Assembly (NCBI GenBank): GCA_013152275.1
Contig: JAADGS010000030.1
Coordinates: 1-64,000, forward strand
Direction of reading: 5' to 3'
Length of the DNA: 64,000 bases
Origin: Actinomycetota bacterium
Lineage (GTDB): Bacteria; Actinomycetota; Acidimicrobiia; Spongiisociales; UBA4744
Position 1 is the first letter of the stretch. Each line of letters begins with the position of its first letter. Made by a program: the position numbers and the translations under genes. Shown here piece by piece: positions 59,324 through 64,000 of the stretch. Under the pieces are notes generated by a model that worked only from the letters and a program-made list of their open reading frames with translations, had not been told where the DNA came from and did not search any database.

Positions 59324-60291
59324 ACACCGCAACACGCACCATCCCCCGAGCGGGGTGGCGAACCGTTGCCCGGAAGGAATTCACCGACCATCTCCTGTCC
59401 GCACGGTTCACCGTGCTGCTGGTGATCCTGGCGATCGCCGCAATCGGATCCGTCTACGCCTCGGCGTCCGCAATCCGTGGAGTCGCCGAGAAGGCGGCAG
59501 GCACGCCTGCCCTCTTCTTGCGGCTCTTCACGATCAACGCGAATCCGATCCCCTTCTCGTTCATCACCTTCATCGCGTTCCTGGCACCGCTGCTCGGCAT
59601 CGCCTTCGGGTTCGACGCCATCAACGGCGAGCGCAGCCAGGGCACGCTGCCGCGTCTCGTGGCGCAGCCGATCCATCGCGATGACGTGATCAACGGAAAG
59701 TTCGCGGCAGGACTCGCCATCATCGGACTCATGCTGACCTCTCTCACGGTCATCGTGGCAGGGCTCGGCATCGTAACCCTTGGCATCGTCCCTTCCGCGG
59801 GCGAGGTGACCCGAGTGATCGTCTGGCTGATCGTCGCCATCATCTACGTGGGATTCTGGCTGGCACTCGCGACACTCGCATCGGTGACACTTCGACGAGC
59901 TTCCACCTCGTCGCTCGTCTCGATCGCGGTCTGGCTCGTGCTGGCGCTGTTTGCCACACTTCTGTTCCGGCTCGTCGCCGGCATTCTGGCGCCGGCTCCC
60001 GCCGATGCCACACCGGACCAGGTGCTGCGCAACGCACAAGTGGAGCTCGCCGTGTCCCGGATCTCTCCGGTGACGCTCTACGACGAGGCCACCACCGCGT
60101 TGCTCGACCCCCAGGTGCGCAGCGTCGGGATCATCACCTATCAGCAGCTCGACCGTGCCGTCGTCTCGCAGCTGACGCTCGACCAGAGCCTGCTGCTCGT
60201 CTGGCCACAGCTCGTCGGCCTCCTCGCTTTGACGGTTGTGTGCTTCGCGTTCGCCTACGTGGGGTTCATGCGCCAGGAAATCAGAGCCTGA
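59320..60291 (+). CDS. ABC-2 type permease
   Basis: KEFTDH, GFDAINGERSQGTL, FMRQEIRA. Confidence 0.9.
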   Translation: MNTATRTIPRAGWRTVARKEFTDHLLSARFTVLLVILAIAAIGSVYASASAIRGVAEKAAGTPALFLRLFTINANPIPFSFITFIAFLAPLLGIAFGFDAINGERSQGTLPRLVAQPIHRDDVINGKFAAGLAIIGLMLTSLTVIVAGLGIVTLGIVPSAGEVTRVIVWLIVAIIYVGFWLALATLASVTLRRASTSSLVSIAVWLVLALFATLLFRLVAGILAPAPADATPDQVLRNAQVELAVSRISPVTLYDEATTALLDPQVRSVGIITYQQLDRAVVSQLTLDQSLLLVWPQLVGLLALTVVCFAFAYVGFMRQEIRA

Positions 60292-60304
60292 GCCTGCCGA
60301 ACAT

Positions 60305-60354
60305 TGAACCCAGGGCTCAGGGGGGTCGTCACGACCCCCCTGAGCCCTGGGTTC
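60305..60354. repeat. About 51-bp hairpin repeat, family B copy 2 (possible bidirectional terminator)
   Basis: GAACCCAGGGCTCAGGGGGGTCG-TCA-CGACCCCCCTGAGCCCTGGGTTC, a perfect stem between convergent genes. Confidence 0.9.
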
Positions 60355-60358
60355 GCAG

Positions 60359-61387
60359 TTACGGGGTGAGGGCCTGGTACAAATAGGGGAACGACACGTC
60401 TTGGCGGTAGTCGACGCCCGTGTGGTCGTCGTCGAACTCCTCGTAGCGATGCTCGATCCCCGCCTCCTTCAGCGCCTTCACGAACGTGCGCGCCCCGTAC
60501 ACGAGGGAGTATTGGTCCTTGGAACCGCAATCGATGTAGAGGCCACGAAGCGAACGAAGGTTTTCCCGACATTCGGGGGACTTGACCATCTCGACCGGAT
60601 CGTGACGCATCCAGTTGGCCCAGCGCTCCGCGTCCAGCTCGCCTGTGTAGAGGTCGACCGGCAGGCGAATCCCCTTCGGACCGGCCGGGTCCGGGTCGTA
60701 GCTTGCCGCCATGGCGAGCGCCATGAGCATGTGCATGTCGTCGTGGGTGAGCTTCTGTTTCGCCTCATAGTGTGCAAGCAGTTTGGCGATGTCACGGTCG
60801 TGTTCCGCCAGCGTGTCCAGCAGCTTCGGGAAATCTCCCGAGTAGCACATGGCGAAGCCCATGTCGCCGGAGTGACACGCCACCGCGCCCCACGCGTCGG
60901 CATGCCGCAGACCGTGCACGATCGCCCCGTACCCGCCACTCGACTTGCCGAACACGGCCCGGTGCTCTCGACCCTTGCGCACCCGGAATCGGCGCTCGAT
61001 CTCAGGGAGCATCTCGTCGATGAGGTAATCCTCCCAGTTGCCCATCGCCGCAGAGTTGATGTACTGGTTGCCGCCGAGCGACGTGAAACAGTCGGGGAAC
61101 ACGGCCACCACGGGCCCCATCTCGCCCTCGGCGACGAGGCGGTCGAGACGCTGCGGCACGTTTTCACCGAACGGCCGCCAGTTGAAATGGGCGAGACCGC
61201 TGCCGGTGAACCCGACGAGGTCGACGAACACGGGATACTCCTCGTCGGATGACGCATATCCTTGCGGCAGGTAGACGGCAACCCGGCGTTGCACCGGATC
61301 ACCGAGGAGGTTGCCGCGCAGCGCGTGCGAGTCGATCGAGAACTCGACCCTCGTGCCCCTGCTCGGAGAGAAGCTGTGTCCAGGCAT
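60359..61387 (-). CDS. Alpha/beta-hydrolase, putative esterase (Fes-like)
   Basis: VYLP.GY, GKSSGG nucleophile elbow, DCGSKD, DDH. Confidence 0.85.
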   Translation of the reverse strand: MPGHSFSPSRGTRVEFSIDSHALRGNLLGDPVQRRVAVYLPQGYASSDEEYPVFVDLVGFTGSGLAHFNWRPFGENVPQRLDRLVAEGEMGPVVAVFPDCFTSLGGNQYINSAAMGNWEDYLIDEMLPEIERRFRVRKGREHRAVFGKSSGGYGAIVHGLRHADAWGAVACHSGDMGFAMCYSGDFPKLLDTLAEHDRDIAKLLAHYEAKQKLTHDDMHMLMALAMAASYDPDPAGPKGIRLPVDLYTGELDAERWANWMRHDPVEMVKSPECRENLRSLRGLYIDCGSKDQYSLVYGARTFVKALKEAGIEHRYEEFDDDHTGVDYRQDVSFPYLYQALTP

Positions 61388-61410
61388 GGCCTCAACCTAC
61401 TCGACGCAGG

Positions 61411-62874
61411 TCATGGCCCGACCTGCAGAGATTCCCGCTGCTCGGCCACCCGTGTGATGCGTTGGGCCATCCTTCGAAAGATCGGTGCGTGGAACGGCAA
61501 CATCGCCCACCAGTACAGTCTCCCCACGACACCTCTTGGAACGAACCGGGCGATCTGCGTCAGTCTGCAGCCGTCTTCGGTCGGTTCGACCGTCCACTCC
61601 AGCCAGGCGGTGCCGGGTACCTTCATCTCGGCCCGCAACAAGAGGTGACGCTGCTCCGGGTCGATGATGACAACCCTGAAGAAATCGAGTGCCTCGCCGG
61701 GTCGCAACTCCTCGGGATGTCGCCTTCCTCTTCGAAGCCCCACACCCCCGATCAGCCGGTCGAAGAGGCCCCGGAGCCTCCATGCCCAGTTCATCGTGTA
61801 GTAGCCGACGTGACCTCCGATCCTGGTCACCGCCCAGAACACATCGTCGGCCGGCACGGACGCGGTCGCCGTACGCCGGTCCAGCTCCATCGCAGCCCCC
61901 GACCACGCCGGGTCACCGGGCAGCGGTTGTGCCGGCTTTGTCAGTGCATCGGACCAGCGGGTCTCGACCTCGAACTGCAAGATCCTCGCCATCGCCCTCC
62001 ACACCGCCTCGCGGTAGGTGAGCAGATCTGCAGGGTGGTAGCCGGGCGGCGACTCTCCGGTGACCACGACATCGTTCAGCAGGCTTTCGATGAGGGGGCG
62101 GGCAGTGGCGACCGGCAGCGGCGTCACGAGTCCGACCAGCAGCGGCGACAGGCGCGAACTGAACAGCGGAAGCGGAATGACCCTTCGCTTCGGGAGCCCC
62201 GCGACCTCGGCGTAGGTCTGCATCATCTCCTCATACGTGAGCACGTCCGGGCCGCCGATCTCGTAGATACGGCTGCCGGACCCGACGAAGTCCAGGGCAT
62301 CCATCAGGATCTCGAGGACGTTGCGCACCGCGATCGGCTGGCAGCGCGTACAGATCCACCTCGGGCGCATCATTACCGGGAGCACCTCGGTCAGATGTCG
62401 GATCATCTCGAACGACATCGATCCCGAACCGATGATGACCGCCGCCCGGAATTCGGTGACGGGTGTCTGTCCGGAAGCCAAGATTCGCCCCACCTCGTGG
62501 CGGCTTCTGAGATGCGCCGACAACTCCTCATCGTCGGACCCGAGGCCGCCGAGATAGATGATGCGTTCGAGTCCGGCCTCGTCGGCGGCATCGCGAAAGT
62601 TCTCCGCGGCGATACGATCCAGTTCGGCGAAGCCCCCCGACGTCTCCAACCCGTGGATCAGGTAGTACGCCGCATTGCACCCAGTGAGTGCGGCGCGCAG
62701 CGTCTCAGGCTTCAAGGCGTCGGCGGCAACGACCTCCACATGATCCCTCCAGGGATCGAGTGTGAGCCGTGCAGGATCACGTGTCATACACCGGACCAGG
62801 AACCCGCGTTCGAGCAGGCGCGGCACGAGACGTCCACCGATATAGCCGGTCGCGCCCGTGACGAGGACTTTCAC
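61411..62874 (-). CDS. Atypical SDR with DUF2867 domain (YbjT-like)
   Basis: VTGATGYIG, YLGGLG, SFEMIR, GEALDFFRV, AEMKVPG.AWL. Confidence 0.88.
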   Translation of the reverse strand: MKVLVTGATGYIGGRLVPRLLERGFLVRCMTRDPARLTLDPWRDHVEVVAADALKPETLRAALTGCNAAYYLIHGLETSGGFAELDRIAAENFRDAADEAGLERIIYLGGLGSDDEELSAHLRSRHEVGRILASGQTPVTEFRAAVIIGSGSMSFEMIRHLTEVLPVMMRPRWICTRCQPIAVRNVLEILMDALDFVGSGSRIYEIGGPDVLTYEEMMQTYAEVAGLPKRRVIPLPLFSSRLSPLLVGLVTPLPVATARPLIESLLNDVVVTGESPPGYHPADLLTYREAVWRAMARILQFEVETRWSDALTKPAQPLPGDPAWSGAAMELDRRTATASVPADDVFWAVTRIGGHVGYYTMNWAWRLRGLFDRLIGGVGLRRGRRHPEELRPGEALDFFRVVIIDPEQRHLLLRAEMKVPGTAWLEWTVEPTEDGCRLTQIARFVPRGVVGRLYWWAMLPFHAPIFRRMAQRITRVAEQRESLQVGP

Positions 62875-62931
62875 TCCACGGAGCCTAGGAGACCGCCGGG
62901 CAATGTATGGCACGCATCCCGACAGCCCGGC

Positions 62932-64000
62932 TCAAACGGTCGCCTTCTCGCGCTCGGCACGGATCATCGGCGACTCGTCGAGAAACCCCGTCAGGGCGAT
63001 GACGATGGTGGTCAGTGCGATGAACACCAGCATCGAGCCTGCCATGGAGCCGGTCACGTCCGACTTGAACGCATCCATCCCGAGGATGAACAAGATGCCG
63101 GAAACCTGCCCGGCCATCACGATGATTCCTTGCGACGTCGACTCTGGTGCCGGGTAGCCGATCTCGGCGCTGTACTGGAACCCAAGCGGGTAGGCACTCA
63201 TCATGAAGAACCCGAACACGAAACTCGAAACGAGCAGCAGCGGATAGCTGGCGGCAAACGCCAAACCCACGAGACCGGGGGCCATGCCGGCGACCGCCAT
63301 GACGAGGAACGGCTTGCGCCTTCGCGACCGATCCGACAACACCGACAGGATCCCCGCACCGAGAATCCCTCCGATCACCATCACCGCGCCGATCACGCCG
63401 GCCTGCTCGGGACCGAACCCCCGGGGGCTCACGATCTGTTCGATCCATGTGCTGATCGCGTTGAACATCCCCAAGCCGACAAAGAACAACAACAGCAGGA
63501 TCAGCATGTCCTTCTGTTTGAGGATGTGTCGAAGACCCTCGAACACCTTGAAACGCTCCATCTGGTCGGCCTCACTCGGCGCGGTGACCGGCCGCTCGCG
63601 AATCAGGACGAGAGCGGCGACCGCACCGATCATCGATGCGACTCCGTACGCCATCAGCATCCCCGACATCGCGAAACTCGAAACGAGATACGGTGTCGCC
63701 GCCATCGCGACGATGATCCCGATGAACTGGGCGAGGGATGGGAGCGCAGCAGCCGTCGCGCGTTCGGTGATCGGGAACCAGCGGGCACCAACCTTGGTGA
63801 TGGCATTCATCACGAACGGCTGGCCGACCGCAAGTCCGATCTGGGAAACGAGCACGAGCGTGTAGTCGGACGCCCAGATCCCGCGGGTCAACCCGAACAC
63901 GCCGGTCAGGACGGCGCCGATCCCGACGCCGACCCGGATTCCGTAGGTGTCGATGATGTAGGACGCGGGGATCGACATGATGATGAACACGATCATGAAG
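62932..64000 (-). CDS. MFS transporter, 5' end outside the window
   Basis: IDTYGIR, ARWFP..ERA, SDRSRRRKP, multiple TM segments. Confidence 0.9.
   Translation of the reverse strand, partial: FMIVFIIMSIPASYIIDTYGIRVGVGIGAVLTGVFGLTRGIWASDYTLVLVSQIGLAVGQPFVMNAITKVGARWFPITERATAAALPSLAQFIGIIVAMAATPYLVSSFAMSGMLMAYGVASMIGAVAALVLIRERPVTAPSEADQMERFKVFEGLRHILKQKDMLILLLLFFVGLGMFNAISTWIEQIVSPRGFGPEQAGVIGAVMVIGGILGAGILSVLSDRSRRRKPFLVMAVAGMAPGLVGLAFAASYPLLLVSSFVFGFFMMSAYPLGFQYSAEIGYPAPESTSQGIIVMAGQVSGILFILGMDAFKSDVTGSMAGSMLVFIALTTIVIALTGFLDESPMIRAEREKATV

Noticed and set aside
56855..60354. True integron attC sites
   Set aside because: No integrase in the window, copy 2 is a perfect stem with no extrahelical bases, and the R boxes match poorly.

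Overview
High-GC window with actinobacterial gene content (F420-dependent nitroreductase, ERCC4 family protein, several leaderless-looking promoters). Acidimicrobiia-like origin is my inference. No rRNA, tRNA, CRISPR array, integrase or transposase was recognised. (1) About 1-18.5 kb: a large sugar uptake and catabolism cluster with ROK and GntR regulators, a CUT2 ABC transporter, Gfo/Idh/MocA oxidoreductase, TIM-barrel isomerase, FAD oxidoreductase, phosphotriesterase-like hydrolase, a frameshifted FGGY kinase, an AraM/G1PDH-like enzyme, SIS protein, ROK kinase, DeoC, Eda and an SDR. (2) 18.9-25.8 kb: a viperin-like radical SAM protein, ybaK, a GH5-like lipoprotein, DEAD-box helicase, nitroreductase and MscS. 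(3) 26-43.3 kb: an apparently lower-GC catabolic island of about 18 genes for an unknown substrate, probably an N-heterocycle or carboxylate; its three promoter regions share a GTYYC-N7-GRRAY operator, probably bound by the IclR it encodes. (4) 43.3-47 kb: a gene remnant, a wHTH module, an ERCC4 nuclease and a MerR-DUF433/PIN toxin-antitoxin pair with a broken toxin. (5) 47-64 kb: hrpA, yedA, the yjjI-yjjW glycyl radical pair, DUF2804, LysR, a NEW3-domain ABC operon, esterase, YbjT-like SDR and an MFS. Two families of about 50-bp hairpin repeats bracket yedA and the NEW3 operon. The best candidates for undescribed biology are the IclR-regulated island and the divergent viperin-like enzyme. All family calls come from motif recognition by eye; no searches were run.
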